A DNA stretch of 64,000 nucleotides from Lepidodermella squamata (lineage: Eukaryota; Animalia; Gastrotricha): assembly GCA_047495785.1 (NCBI GenBank), contig JBLDXI010000007.1, positions 2,108,001 through 2,172,000 on the forward strand. Reading direction: 5' to 3'. Positions within the stretch are counted from its first letter, which is position 1; every line of letters begins with the position of its first letter. Positions 23,127 to 36,043 of this stretch are shown here, one piece after another. The notes below the pieces were generated by a model. That model searched no databases and was not told the DNA's origin. It was given only the letters and a program-made list of their open reading frames with translations. A program made the translations under genes and the position numbers.

Positions 23127-24703
23127 ATGAAAATTCTCACATTTTTGCCGAGGAATTTTCGCCAACCTTCTTTCTTTTCAATATTCCTGATTGCAGGTGT
23201 TTTCGTCGAGATTGCCGTCATTTTCCTATACTACTCGAGTGTGAAGACTCGAAACAATCTAGCCATCACCTTGAACCAACACCTTCCAAATGTCTTGAGA
23301 AGTAACCCAGGCAGCGCTGAGGAGGCCTTTAGAACCTGCCAATCCGCAAAGTTGTGGTGGTCCCAGCGATTTTTCCGAACTAAACGAGATAAGGACTCAA
23401 GCCCTGTGAGAGACTTTTCGAAAAATCCTATTAGAATAGGCGGCTCTAATTTCGACGAATCTTCCCTAATCAACAACTGCCCAGTTCCTTGCATTCACTA
23501 CCCACCAGAATCAAAGTTGAGCGACGAAGATAAGGGCATTTATTTCGACGCTAGTTTCGTGGAAGAACCCGGAATTGCTCGGGAAAAGCCTTACCTAGGC
23601 CTATCTGTCCTCCGAACCATGGAATCGAGTGTCTACTGCGAAAAATCTCGGTTAAAAGAGGCGAAATCTGCTTTTGACCTAGTTATGACGCCTAGACTTG
23701 ACAGCGTGTCCCTTACTTTTCATGGGAACTCTACGATATAATGAAGCCACCTCAAGAAAAAACTGCCGAGGCCCTGTCGTCAATTGTTGTCTCCAACTGC
23801 GAATCTCGCAACTTCAGACCAGAGGCTATTGAAGTCCTCGAGGACGAAAGCCGGCGATCTCCTGTGCCGATAGTCGAGGTCTATGGCTTATGTGGGCCTA
23901 ACCAAAAGCGGCTGGACTCTGACAAATTGGCAATCATGGGCAAGTACAAGTTCCATTTGGCCTTTGAAAACTCGAACGATATTGATTACGTAACTGAGAA
24001 GTTTTACCAAAGTCTAGCTGAAGGGACTGTACCTGTTGTCATCGGAGCTCCTAACATTCGCCTATTTCAACCCTCGAATAACTCAATTCTAGTCATCGAA
24101 ACCCTGGCTGAGGTCTTAAATATTGCGGATAAGATGCAACAACTCTCCGCTGATGAGAATGAGTATCAAAAATTGCTGGCGTGGAAGAAAACTGGTCCTT
24201 CGCAACAGTTCAAGGCCCTGGTTGATCTATCAGTGGTCCATTCAAGCTGCAGACTATGTATCAAAATTGCAGACCGTATCAGAGGTTTGGAGAGGGCAAA
24301 GTCGAAACAGCCAGAAGTCTGTAACTGCCAGCTTAACTCAACAACAATTGTCTTCCGGTTTCAAGTCCGAGAACGTGGCAGATTCAACTTCAGCGAAGGT
24401 TTCATCTACAGCTCAGAATTAACCTATCACCGCCTTAATCAATCGATTTTCGAGGCGGTAACTAAGGGCAAGGAGTACTGGCCGATTTGGAGTTGGGTCA
24501 GGGACGAAATTGGCCGTCGGCACCCGCAAGGAGCTTTCCCTCGTAAAAAACCGCCTACTTTCAACCTGTATCGAATCTACGAGGTCGGGACACCTCATGG
24601 TCAAGTTCTATTCGGTCGTTCGGCAATTGATTCCGACGAGAAAGTTGTTCGTCTCTTCAGCTCGAAAAAAGACTGCATCCAACTCGAAGTGATTTTTGTG
24701 TGA
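23127..24703 (+). pseudogene. Plant-type core alpha-1,3-fucosyltransferase (GT10) copy 1; intronless and frameshifted at ~23706-23711
   Basis: Type II TM, VLRTMES, [shift] PYFSWELYDIM, VSNC, YKFHLAFENSNDIDYVTEKFYQSL, VHSSCRLCI, VRERGRF, LYRIY, LEVIFV*. It is 7 nt shorter than the paralog at the shift. Confidence 0.85.
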
Positions 24704-24734
24704 CAAAAGTCTTTCATGAATAAAAAACAATGAT

Positions 24735-25931
24735 TTATTTTTGAGCCGGAATTTCGTAACCAAATAACTTGTAGTCAGTTGAAAATAGTTTAGTTAAGAC
24801 TTGAGAAACTAAATTACGAGGTAATTTGTCAAGTTCAGCAGTTACTAAATCCGGGAGAGGTTGTAGCACTGGTCCAAACTCCATTATTTGGTCCTTCCCG
24901 ACCAGTCTTTGGCTCAAATCTTGGAAGTCAGACGTGAAAGTCTCCAGACGGAAGCGGTGGTCGTATTTGATATCACAAGGCTTGCAGATGTCGTAGTAAG
25001 GCGTGAACAATCCACCTCCGAGCAGCACAGATTCGTCAGCTGGAGTCATCGTGTTAAGGAAAGTGAAAAACTCTTCGTAGGTAATGTCAGGCTGAGAGTA
25101 TGCTAAAATCGCCTTTGGTCGCATCTTCTTGATAATTCGCACAACTAAATCCTATAACAACAAATTCATATTAAGGCGAGTATTTGCCTGTGATTCCTAA
25201 TTACCGCTACAGGGTCGAACGAATATCTTGGCCGCATGATGTAATCATCAAGATTGCTATTCATCAGCTGTAGCACATCGAGTATTCGATTCAGGGGGTT
25301 TCCGACCAATGCAATCCATGTAAAACCTTTTGGAAGTCGCGGATTTGCCAATCGAATCGCTTGGTCTTCAAGGAGCATTAAACGCTTGGTCTCAAGGTAT
25401 TCCTGTTTCTTCGACTCTGCAGCTAGCATTTTCTGCAGGGCGCTAATTAGAGCTTCGTATTTCGGCGACGGACTTCCGATGAAGTCAAAGTAGTGCTGAA
25501 CAGCTTCGAAAGCTGGCTCGTCACGATTGCTGTGGAAGCATATAAAAATTGAGGGATATGCATGAGAAACCCTGTGTGCCTTACAAGCATACGATGAAAT
25601 TGTAGCGTTCGTTCACAATACTGTAATATAGGGAGTAATTGATCGTTTGGTTAGAAGCCATATCGGAAAAATCTTACAAATTCCCACTCAGAAGCATTTG
25701 CCCGAAAAAGTAAGGGTCATGCATTAAGGAAGCGTTGTAAGTTTTGTTTTGGCCCGCGCAAACGTCTGCCGCTTGAGATGGGAACTGGCTGTATGCATCC
25801 AGCCTTTGCCATTTGTTGGAAAGCCTTTCGAGTTGCCACTGTTTATACAGCCCGCGAAGGACCAGAAAAACTGGAACAGTTGAAATCAACGCTGCCACAA
25901 CTAACGCGGCTCGATACGGGGAAGCAGTCAT
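24735..25931 (-). CDS. Carbohydrate sulfotransferase-family (Sulfotransfer_2) type II membrane protein with degenerate PAPS-binding motifs; 4 exons
   Basis: N-terminal TM, IVNERYNFIVC, ITYEEFFTFL, CKPCDIKYD, RLETFTSD, DYKLFGY. The 5'-PSB position reads FNRDEPA and the 3'-PB position reads VGNPLNRILDV. Confidence 0.8.
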
Positions 25932-26502
25932 AATTGATCGAAAATCATCTGCTGTTTAACCAATTTTACCATCCTAAACAAACGGTCATTCGAAATGAGG
26001 AATTGTGCACAATTTGTGGACTAATGTGTGAAAAGCGTTAGCTAGCCAGTTTTTTATGCACAAATTTGAAACTCTCACAACAATGCGAATGCTAGACGTA
26101 CTGTAAAAGGAGACCACAGTTTCGCATACAGTGTGATCTTGTAAACAGCCTTTTGTGTTGTGTGTGTAATAAGTGCCAACGCATACCTAGATACTGCAAC
26201 AGCAAATGCAATTACAACGGCGTAAGGTTTAACCTGACCTCGCGTTGTGCTTTTTATGAGCGTAGATAGCCACGTTCCACCAGAAATGTCGCCTCTATCT
26301 AATCGATCGCTCATAAACGGGTGCGATTAAGGTGGATTAGATAATGGATACAACATTCGCACACTTTATTACAATTCAATAATATTACAAATGTATACGT
26401 TTGGTACGCTCAGTAATGCTATGTTAAGTTTGAGAGTCCCAATGGATATGTCTACGCCTTCAGTAACACAGCTAGTTCCAGACGTTGTTTACAGGCTAGC
26501 AC

Positions 26503-29065
26503 TTAAGTATTTAGCACCATGATTACTTTGGGCGCGAAGATCACACTAAAGCATAGTCCATGGATGGCGAAGATTCCCGCAAAAAATACCGTTTGAATAG
26601 TGCCAGGATCGCTATCTTTGAAAACGGCGACAATCAAAGCGCCACAAGCTATGAAAACTATGCCAATACAGTAGGTGACAGTTCTGGTGAAATGCAAGTC
26701 GTTGATTTCGTCGAGCTCAAACTTCTTCAAAGCGAAAACAAGATACAAAGAACGCAAGAACACCAGCACGTAGCAAATGACGAAGAAACCGATGAAGCCA
26801 ACAGAGATTGTTGAACTTGCCGCTATTTCACAGCCTATTTGATAGGGTTTGTAACCCAAACTCTCATGAACGATTTGAAGATCGCCATGGCGGACAGATG
26901 TTCCTATCGGCTCGATGGCGAACCAAAGACTCATAAATGCGATTTCGATAAGAACATACATGACCACAGCAATGCAGCAACGCTTGATATTTCGGTCGAA
27001 AAATTGACGGTCTATTATTGTTTTGACTTTTGGGGCTGGAGTCATCATCATGCTACTAGCACTTTGGCTAGGCCCTCGGCTATTAGCGCTGGCCCTAGGG
27101 GAGGGTGCTGGAGCTACCCCTAAACTAGGACGAGAAGCTCCGGATTTATTGGTTGAGGCTCTGGAATTATTCAGGTTTGCAGTCAAAGTCTTCGATTTAA
27201 CACCAGTGGCGTAGGCAAGATGGAGTTTACCCAACAAAGCTGCTGCTATCATCGTAAAGCCGATGGTGAATGAGAGGGACCCTGCCATACAGTACTTACT
27301 AGCTTCGTGACTAGAGGCCCGAGGGAAGATGAAGACCGTGCATACCATCAGAATGCTACCAACAAGTACGAGGGTGCTCAACTGTACCACTGAATTCTGT
27401 ATGATAGGAGATGATCTTTTGAGTAAGAAGATGAGTACTACACCCAGGTCCATTGTGAGTAGGATTGCTGCAATAATCGATACTACCACGTCTGTCATGA
27501 ACGTCATTATCGGGGCTTTGGTAGCAAGAATCCTGAGCGAGTCGGCCGGTGCCTGGCCATCCGTAGTTCTCCATTTGATGTTGAATGGGCCATATCGAAC
27601 TAGAACAGGGCTGTAAGTCGTGTCAACAGAACCAACAGGGTAATATCGGACCCGCTTTCGATAACTAAGTTTTGTGTCATCCGACACCTGGACTTGATAC
27701 ACCGCACTAAGGGCTTTGAAGCTGTGGATGGGTAGAGTGCTTTCGAGGGTGAAGCTTTCATACTTCAGATCTTCAGTTTCACTTCTAATAATAGAACTTA
27801 TGAGGTCTCCGTTTTTTCTAAAATTTCCGCCCGAGGTCAGCCAATCCTTAATGGTTCCTAGACCAGCTTCCGCCAAACGCGCCTCCGTTCGATTAAGCAC
27901 GACTGCGCCAGAAATAACCTCACTGTAATAATGATCGCGTACAAAGTGCCACTGCGGCAGAAATTCAGCGTCAGGAATTCTAGATTTCATCATACTATCG
28001 AAAACACGCCCTGACATGCCAACGACATCTTTTGCATCGGGGAATACATCCAACCTCTTGCCGTGAGAGAAGTAGATGACAGACTTCAATATCTCAAACA
28101 AATGATCTTCCGAGCAGAATGGAGGCTTAGCAGGCGAGTCAGGGTAGAAAATCGTGTTTCCATTGAAGAGTATGACATACTGCGAGCCGTAGAGCTTGTA
28201 TTTATACAAATAGCACGAAATTACGACTGTCATGGCTGTGTTGAAAATCATGACCCGAGGGTCGAGACTAGCCAGCTCTCCAATCACTTGACCAACTGCT
28301 TCGTGAGTTGGGAGATTAGTGCCATCGAACGTTATTCGTACTACCCCAGCAACAGTCATATTTACATCTTGCATACCAAGACTTATCGAATCGTCAAGAA
28401 ACTTGCGAGTTTGTAAGGTTTCAGTCAGAAGGAAAACCCTCCTCCAATTTTGCGAGGCGAGAAAGTACGGCAGCGCATTGTAAATAGCATCAAATGACGG
28501 CATCAAGCCCATCCTGGATCTCCCAACCGATACGGCCCAAGTTGTGAAGCTTATCACATTATTAGGGCCAAATGCTTGGCCAGCGAAAGTTCCACCTGGG
28601 CAGTGAGGACCCAGCATTAGTGGAGCGTAATTCACCTTACCGTTCCACATGTTGTCAAGCATTTTAATGAGCATATCGACGCCGAAAGCGGCATTACATC
28701 TGTCATCAAACAGCTCGATGACTATTTCGTAGTTCGAGAATAGATTCGTGGAATTCATTAGGGCGTCGAGAGCGATTTGAATGCCCTCAAATGCAAGAGG
28801 TCCATGGGCGTTTTGAAGACCAGCTGAAGACCAGAAAAAGAGGGTTATCACTGTTATTGAGCGGCGTAATAAACAAGAAATTACCGATGCTTCCAATAAG
28901 AGGGATCCTAATTTGAGTCCGCGACTTGTTTGATTGCAGTGTATTAGACATATTGGCTCTCATTATTTTCGGCCATTCCGACGGAGCTTGAGCAAAAACC
29001 AGCAGTGAGCTTGAGCAAATGGTTGCCAAAACGAAGATCCTTGTTAGTTCTAGATATGATTTCAT
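26503..29065 (-). CDS. GABA-B-like class C GPCR (Venus flytrap domain + 7TM); exons 29065-28885 and 28823-26503
   Basis: Signal peptide, DDRCN..., LGPHC, WRRVFLL, seven hydrophobic helices, INDL before TM6, FAPKV at the TM7 end. No cysteine-rich domain; long Ser-rich ICL2. Confidence 0.88.
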
Positions 29066-29606
29066 TTTCTAAAAGGGATGACTGATTTTTTTATCTTGCT
29101 GATCTTCAAATAGTTCAAAAACAAACGTCGCGAAACCTGACGCTGACCTTGCGAATAATTTTTCATCTTTCTGAGGGGGCGGTGGCTTGAATAGATGGAG
29201 GCGGTATGTTGTGCCTACATCAATTCAAGGGGCTCCTATGATGTTATTTCCGTGCGAATGATAGATTTACTGCTAAACTATGTTTCACTTTCAGCCGAAT
29301 ATGGCTGGCAACAAAAAGAAACTCAACACTTGAAAAGGTTCTATATCGAAGCTAGCGAAAATTATGTTCGAAGCTGGACGCTAATAGCTTGACATCGGAG
29401 AACCTGAAGTATTCTGTTGAAGTAGGATCTGTTTGGCACGAAGGCTGAAACCGCTTCAGTGTGGACAATAGTTCTGCATTTGATTCACATTGAGGTCTTA
29501 TTTCTCGAATGCTACAAAATAGCTTCGGCACAACTGTTAAATCTCAAAATGCTCCTGATGTGCGATATTTAGCTGATATTTACTTGGCATTTTGTATTCC
29601 ACTCGG

Positions 29607-32031
29607 CTAGGATTGCAAAACTTTCACATTTTTGCGAATATTAGGTACCACTAGAACACAAACAACAATTCCACAAATTGCTAATACACCCAGAAAAATG
29701 ATGATATCCAAGGTTTCTGGATCTGCCTCCCTGAAGAACGCTAGAATAGCGGTCGCCGCCGCAATTACTACGATACCAATGCTATAGCTCACAAACCGAG
29801 TCGAATGAATGTCGCTCAGTTCGGCTGTTCTAAACTTCCGCAGACAAAACACCAAATAAAGAGTTCTCAGATATAGCAGCAAATAAGATGCGGCAAGAAA
29901 TAAAGAGAAACCGATAGAGTGATTTGACCCAGCTGAGAACCTGCAACCATATTTCACGTCTTGTAAAGCCAGGCTTGGATTAACTACCTCCAAACTGCTG
30001 TAAAACAAGTAGGTTTCATATGGATCAGCTAGAAACCAAGCGGTTGTAACAGCCACGTGCATAAAAACGTAGCCCAAAGAAAGCAGTATAGTAGGCCTCT
30101 GAGACGCTTTGATCAAGCGAATTATTTCGGGATTCGGAGGCGTTAGTTTCTTCATCTGATTGGCTAACAACGCTGGCTGTATTGAGGGTTTGCTCTTCCG
30201 CTTTTCTTTAACAACAGTTTTGCTGTGGAAGAATGCAACGACGTATGCAACATGAAGATAACCCAGTAGTCCGCAAGAAATCAAAGAAATCCCTGCAACG
30301 ATTGTCGCAGCCCCCGCCATGCAGAAAAAGTGATCATTCGCCGATCCTTTTTGAGGGAAAAAAATTATGGAAATCGCTAAAATGATTGTGCCTAATGAGG
30401 TTAGCATAGATGTAGGTAGAGTGGAATCTTGATATTTCGGTGATTTGCGTAGGACCAAGCTCAAGAGTATGGATAGAAGGAGGATGGCGACAAGAATTGA
30501 CGCCAGAGTTTTGAAAATTATGCTTCCCAAAATATTCATTGCAGGTATATTTATCTGGTAAATTGTGAATCTGTCTAGAGGTGCACGTCCATCGAAGGTC
30601 CTCCATTTCACTTTCGCTGGCCCTTGCCCGTACTTGGGAGGTTCGAATTTTGTGTCGACAGTTGCAATCGGAACTGATCTGATGCGCTGGGTGAGGGGAA
30701 TTCTAGGGTCATCAATTGTTTGAACTTGATAGAAAGCACTTAGAGCTTTCAATGTCCGTAGAGGTTGTTCAGGCTCCATAGTGAAGCTATCAAAACGCAA
30801 GTTGATGACTTGTTCACGAATGACAGAACTTATAAATGTTCCATTTTGTTTGAATTTTTCTTTGTAAGAAACCCAGTCCGCCAGGGTCTGGCCACGGTCT
30901 CTAAGTAAAGCTTCTGTTTTGTTGAGCACAACAGCAGCAGCAACGACTTCTGTGTAGTAATGGTCCCGAACAAAATGCCAGCTGGGTAGAAACTCAGCAT
31001 TAGGAATCCTTGACTTTAATAATTCGTCAAATTGCCGACCAGTCAGTCCAAGAACATCTTTTAAATCTGGATATATATCAAGCCGTTTTCCATGTGAGAA
31101 ATAAATGACCGATTGAAGAACTTCGAACAACATTTGGTCACTGCATCCCGAAGGTTTGTTAGGAGCATCGGGTAGAAAAATTGCATTACCTGGTGCCAGT
31201 ATCACGTATTGAGGACCGAAAAGATTAAAATCATATAGTGCGCATGCAACACTCACTGTCAATGCAGTATTCAAAATTATGATACGAGGGTCCATTACTG
31301 CTAACTCGCCAACAGAGCTCTGGATAACTGAGTAGCTGGGTGGTTCCGCCCCGTCAAAAATTACTGTTACGACCCCGGCTAAAGTTATATTCAGCTTTTG
31401 AAATCCTTCCGCGAGAAATTCATTGAGTTTACGACGCGTGATGAGACTGTCGGCGAAGAGAAAAACGCGTTTCCAGCCGTTGCCGTTGATGAAATACGGT
31501 AAAGCCATGAAGACTGAATCAAAAGAAGGCATCAAGCCAAACCTGGAGTCGCCAACTGCTAGAATCCAGGTCGAGAAGCTGATTACATTATTGGGGCGGA
31601 AAGCTAAGCCTGCAAAGGTTCCCCCAGTGCAATGTGGACCCAGTATCAGAGGAAAATTATGCGAACCGCCTTCTGTTATGCCATTCAGGATTCTGACGAC
31701 CATTGAGACTCCAACAGCAGAGTTGCAACGGTCATCAGTTGTATCAATTTCAAGGTTGTAACTTGTGATAAGCGTCGAGGAATTTTGAATAGCCTCAAGG
31801 GCAATTTTGATACCCTCTGTGGCCAGCTGTCCATGTTCGCCTGAAATAACACGAAAATTAAGTTGACATCCCACATTGAGAGACAAACTCACGTTGATTC
31901 GCAATCAATGGAATCCTTAGAGGAACTTGATCTAACACCTTTCCGTCATCTTTCGCAACATATTTGAAGATTTGGGCATTCAGTGGAGTTGCTAGCAGAT
32001 AAATGACTGCTATGGACGATGCAAGAATCAT
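29607..32031 (-). CDS. GABA-B-like class C GPCR, tandem paralog; exons 32031-31893 and 31840-29607
   Basis: It shares blocks with the neighbour (DDRCN, LGPHC.GGTFAG, GLMPSFD, SVIYFSHGKRLD, WHFVRDHYY), has 7 TM helices, and has the same single intron position. Confidence 0.88.
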
Positions 32032-32443
32032 TTTTGCAAATTATGTGAGTTGAATTTGATGTCTCTAAGATCTGGTTGACGCCCCCAGAGAAAAATATGT
32101 GCAGCCGCCTGACAAAGTTTTGATTTGAGATATTGGCTAATAAATCACGATGAAGCACCAGACGCACATCAAAATTAGGATACCGACTACAGTGTGTGCA
32201 CCTGAGCATCTCGTACATTCGAAATATATCCCAAGCTCAAAAAATAACGCCTTGCTAAAACAGCGAAATGAGAGGCTTGAATACTAATGAGCAGTAATTA
32301 TTTTAGGGTGACAAAACTGATGGGCCGAAATAGCAGGATTTGAAAATGAAAGTGACGTAGATTTTTCGTGGGTTATAATCCGTCAGGTAATGTTTGAACT
32401 GGTAAACGATTACTGAAAGCGGCGTGTTCTTTTATTTTGAGGT

Positions 32444-33952
32444 TTATCTGCTAGAAAACGCATCAGGCATTGGATAATCGAATACGGCATAGTCCATCAG
32501 ATAGTATCGAGTAATAATATCACGTATTAGTTCTGGCGGAACTGTCCTCAAATCAGCTTTCTTATCAACGTAACGCTCAGGGGGCAGAGGAACTCTCGGA
32601 ACAGTTGTCGCACCGCTAGCTTGGCGGGCAAGGTACTCCAGCTCCGCACCGAAGCCGCCATTTTCCTTGCTATCTAGATGGCCGATGAAGTCATACCTGA
32701 GATGGCAAGGGAGGCAGTTGTGCAAGTAAGGCCGCCTACATGAGGAAAAGTTCTTATGCAGTCCAAACTGATCAAATCAACACTTACCAATGATGATCCC
32801 ACTGTTGAGCATTTTGATCGACTAATTTCATAAATTCGAACAATTCGCTCAAAGCAACCGGGTAACCACGCTGGATCTCTTCCTTTGTTGCATTTTTCCG
32901 CACATTTTTTATCACAGTTCTTCCCAACTCCTATTGGAAAGGACCATTCAATATTGATCAAGAAAGTTTTCTCGAAGAGGACCTACCATTTGATAATGCC
33001 TGTTAGCCGATGGCATTCGAGATGCTGGCTCTTTGGTCAGCTTATCTTTCCAGGAGGAGACAAATCTTTCAAGCGGATCACGGACCAGCATGACTCGCTT
33101 GTAACTTGGATCGTTCAGCATTTGGAGCATTTTCTCTTTTGGGTAGTGAATCAACCATTTGAGGTGCGGAGTAGTGAAGTTGCGGGAATGAACCTTATTC
33201 ACTGCTGTTCGGTTGTAGCTGTAAGATTTCGTCAGCGACTCACTGATTTGAATGAGATAATTCAACAGATTTGTCGTTCCAACCTTGTAATTTCTAATGG
33301 GCAAAGGACATAGGAATTATGAGCAGCAACTTATATGCAAACTTACAGGCAGACAATCATTTTGTACTTTTCATTTACCATACTGGAAAATTGAAAATCT
33401 CAGATAATTCAGACTAAGATGTTCAGCAGTATCTTACTGAGATCTTGACCTCAAAATTGACAGCAGCAGATTATCGTCAACGGTAGCTTTCGGCTTTCCA
33501 TAATAAATATTGCAGATTTCAGCAGCTCGGTGTTTCCTCTTCTCGATCTCCTCCTCAATCCGTTTGTCCTTGATTTGATCCAGCTCGGCTAGACCCGGCT
33601 CCTCAAGTTTCGAAGATGGCTCGTAGACAGACTGTATATAGCTGTCTTCCCCTTGTCCTTGGTTGAATGCGTCCTGCGTCTTCTGCTCAGACGGTTGTTT
33701 GTAAGGAATAGAAATCGTTGCAAGCGAACCGAAGTCGTCATCTCTCTCTACGGCTTCATCTAGATCAGCATCGTAGTTTACTTCCTCCCGATGAAGGGCG
33801 CCAACGTTTTTATCTTGAAATGCGGGTAAAATCCTGCTTTCGGTCTTTCTGTTGTTTGGAAACAGAGTCTGGACTGCGGTTTTGAAATTCGCGAGAACCA
33901 AAATGGCGATCACAGTAATTGAAATAGCTTTGATTAGCATTCTTCGATTCAT
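32444..33952 (-). CDS. Carbohydrate sulfotransferase (CHST/HNK-1-type, Sulfotransfer_2); 5 exons
   Basis: Type II TM, spliced CLNYKVGTTNL (5'-PSB), VRDPLERFVSSW (3'-PB), WDHHWRPY, CLPCHLRYDFIGHLD, YLMDYAVFDY. Confidence 0.9.
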
Positions 33953-34354
33953 AACGTCAGCAAAGCATGACTTTATGCAGCATTCCCTACTTTGAAAACT
34001 TTAATAAAAGCTAAGAAATAGTTTAATCTTGGAGTGCATATATATTAAATATAATAAAAGTGTTATCTGCGTAAGACTAGACTACAACACAGTGTGTGCT
34101 CATAGCACTATTCAGCGTAGACTGCAATTGTCAAGAGAATGACCGCAGTCATTTCATGCCACAACACACCTGTAGATGTGTTGTTATTTTAACAATTTCT
34201 ATTCTCTCGTCTCAACGTTATTTGCTGCTATTTTAGCCGCATTTGAATACCAGGCTGCTTTGTGCTGTGCAAAAGCGCGGGATAAAAAGAAACCACTCGT
34301 CTTTGTTTTTTTTGAACGCCAAAATCATTTATTAAAATTTATAAAAAAATAATA

Positions 34355-35005
34355 TTAAGAAGAATGTAATTTAAACCCAAAAAGTTCGTAAGCGATTGCA
34401 GAGAAATTGATGTTTCGACTCAGTGACCGGATTTGTTTCGTCAAAGCAAGCCGTGGCAACACTGTTGTAGAGCTCGGGGCCTCATTTAATAGTTCAGATC
34501 TTGCTTGCACGGGTCGAATGGATTCTTCGCCATCTTTCTGCATGAGGTTCTTTCCTGTGTTGTGGTCCACATCGATCTGACGATACTGATTGAAGTCATC
34601 CATTCCAAGTTTGAAATCACCAGCTTCTAACTTGAGCGGCACAACATGTTCTCGAACGGGTGATTTTTTCTTGAAAGTTGAATGGCAATAAGGCCTCAAC
34701 ACAGCAATTTGTCTCGGGCGTCCTTTAGATGATGCCTTTATCTGGAGAACAGGAATGAATTCTTGATTTTCTTGTCCAAAATTACTTACAGATGAAGAAT
34801 GAGAGATTTTTGGCTCGGGTTTGCTTACAGGAATTATTGTTGATTCCTCCCCCTTCAGATACAAGAAAGCTCGATACAGCAATTCAATCCAGATCATTAT
34901 CCATATTAGAACTACAGCTCTTAGGGTGGATCTAAGAAGATGCACTGAGAATTTCACCGCCCCACTGATGGATGGAAGCTGCCATCTAAAGAATCGTTTC
35001 AGCAT
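34355..35005 (-). CDS. Hypothetical protein with an N-proximal hydrophobic segment
   Basis: 216-aa ATG ORF with a TM-like stretch (AVVLIWIMIWIELLY) and AATAAA downstream on the minus strand. No recognised family. Confidence 0.5.
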   Translation of the reverse strand: MLKRFFRWQLPSISGAVKFSVHLLRSTLRAVVLIWIMIWIELLYRAFLYLKGEESTIIPVSKPEPKISHSSSVSNFGQENQEFIPVLQIKASSKGRPRQIAVLRPYCHSTFKKKSPVREHVVPLKLEAGDFKLGMDDFNQYRQIDVDHNTGKNLMQKDGEESIRPVQARSELLNEAPSSTTVLPRLALTKQIRSLSRNINFSAIAYELFGFKLHSS

Positions 35006-35533
35006 AATGCGTATTTGTTGTGCTTAGTCAGGTTGAGCTGCAGTATGCACGGCCACTTCAGACCAAGAAATAATCTCTCTGGCTTTATCGTAGAATCTCC
35101 CTTAAATGCTGTGAATATGAGCGTATGTTCTGACGTGTTAATAATGTGAACGTATTTTTATCACGTTTTTCTCGACCATGCGAGTAAATAATGCACTCCA
35201 TCAGCATATTGTGATACAAGATACAACGTGACCAGGCATCGCTTGTAAAAATAATGAGCGGATCTCCCTCGCAACCCCTAGAGTTAAAATATGAGATTTT
35301 GTAATGTTCTGGTTAGTTCTATTGCTCAAATGCCAGTTTGGCCTGAGTTCAATAAGTACCCAAGCAGAGTATCATATAAAGACAACCTTATCCTACGTAG
35401 AATCGATAGCTTTCCGCATGACAGGAAGTTCGGGAGCACATCAACGCTGAAACAGCGTTTTAAGAGGAAATTTAGTATTTTTCGTAAATAATCGCTCAAC
35501 TACAATATCTGCTGCTAGCCGTGGCATCCATCG

Positions 35534-36043
35534 ATGGTCACAGCAGAATCTGTAACTTTAACCCCTGATTATGCATCACCAATTTACACGCTCGAAGAGC
35601 AGCCTCCGTCTTGCCGTAATATTTTGTTGTCCCGTGAATCTTTGCCTAGAGTCCTTGCCGAGGTACCTCCGGTTCCAAGAGCACCGTATCCGGACAGGTT
35701 TATACCGATGAAACATTCCCCACTGCGATCTGTGTTCTCAGCGCCGAATCTTGGAGCTTTAAATAAGCGTAATCCGAATCTTGTGAGGCCGCGAATAGTC
35801 GTGACAGATACAGATAACATCGACCACGAGGTGAAAAGGGTTCGAAAAGCTGCAATCGCTTTGGCTGTTATCTCTTTCCTCTTCGGCATTTGGTTCTTTT
35901 CAGTGCCTGGAATCGTCCTAGCGATGAAGAAGGCGAATAAAACTCGCATTTACTTCATTTCACTCAGCCTATCTGCTGTCGGAATATGCATTGGGATTGG
36001 AGTAGGGGCGAGGCTCATGACACTTTTCTCTGGGACAATATGA
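35534..36043 (+). CDS. Dispanin/CD225 (IFITM/PRRT-like) membrane protein
   Basis: Pro-rich N-terminus followed by two hydrophobic segments (LAVISFLFGIWFFSVPGIVLA; ISLSLSAVGICIGIG). Similar to 43703-44281 and 49765-50130. Confidence 0.6.
   Translation: MVTAESVTLTPDYASPIYTLEEQPPSCRNILLSRESLPRVLAEVPPVPRAPYPDRFIPMKHSPLRSVFSAPNLGALNKRNPNLVRPRIVVTDTDNIDHEVKRVRKAAIALAVISFLFGIWFFSVPGIVLAMKKANKTRIYFISLSLSAVGICIGIGVGARLMTLFSGTI

Noticed and set aside
31486-31501. 16-nt match to the TIR of the MITE at 6093
   Set aside because: It lies in GPCR coding sequence (LPYFIN) conserved with the paralog and has no partner TIR, so it is a coincidence.
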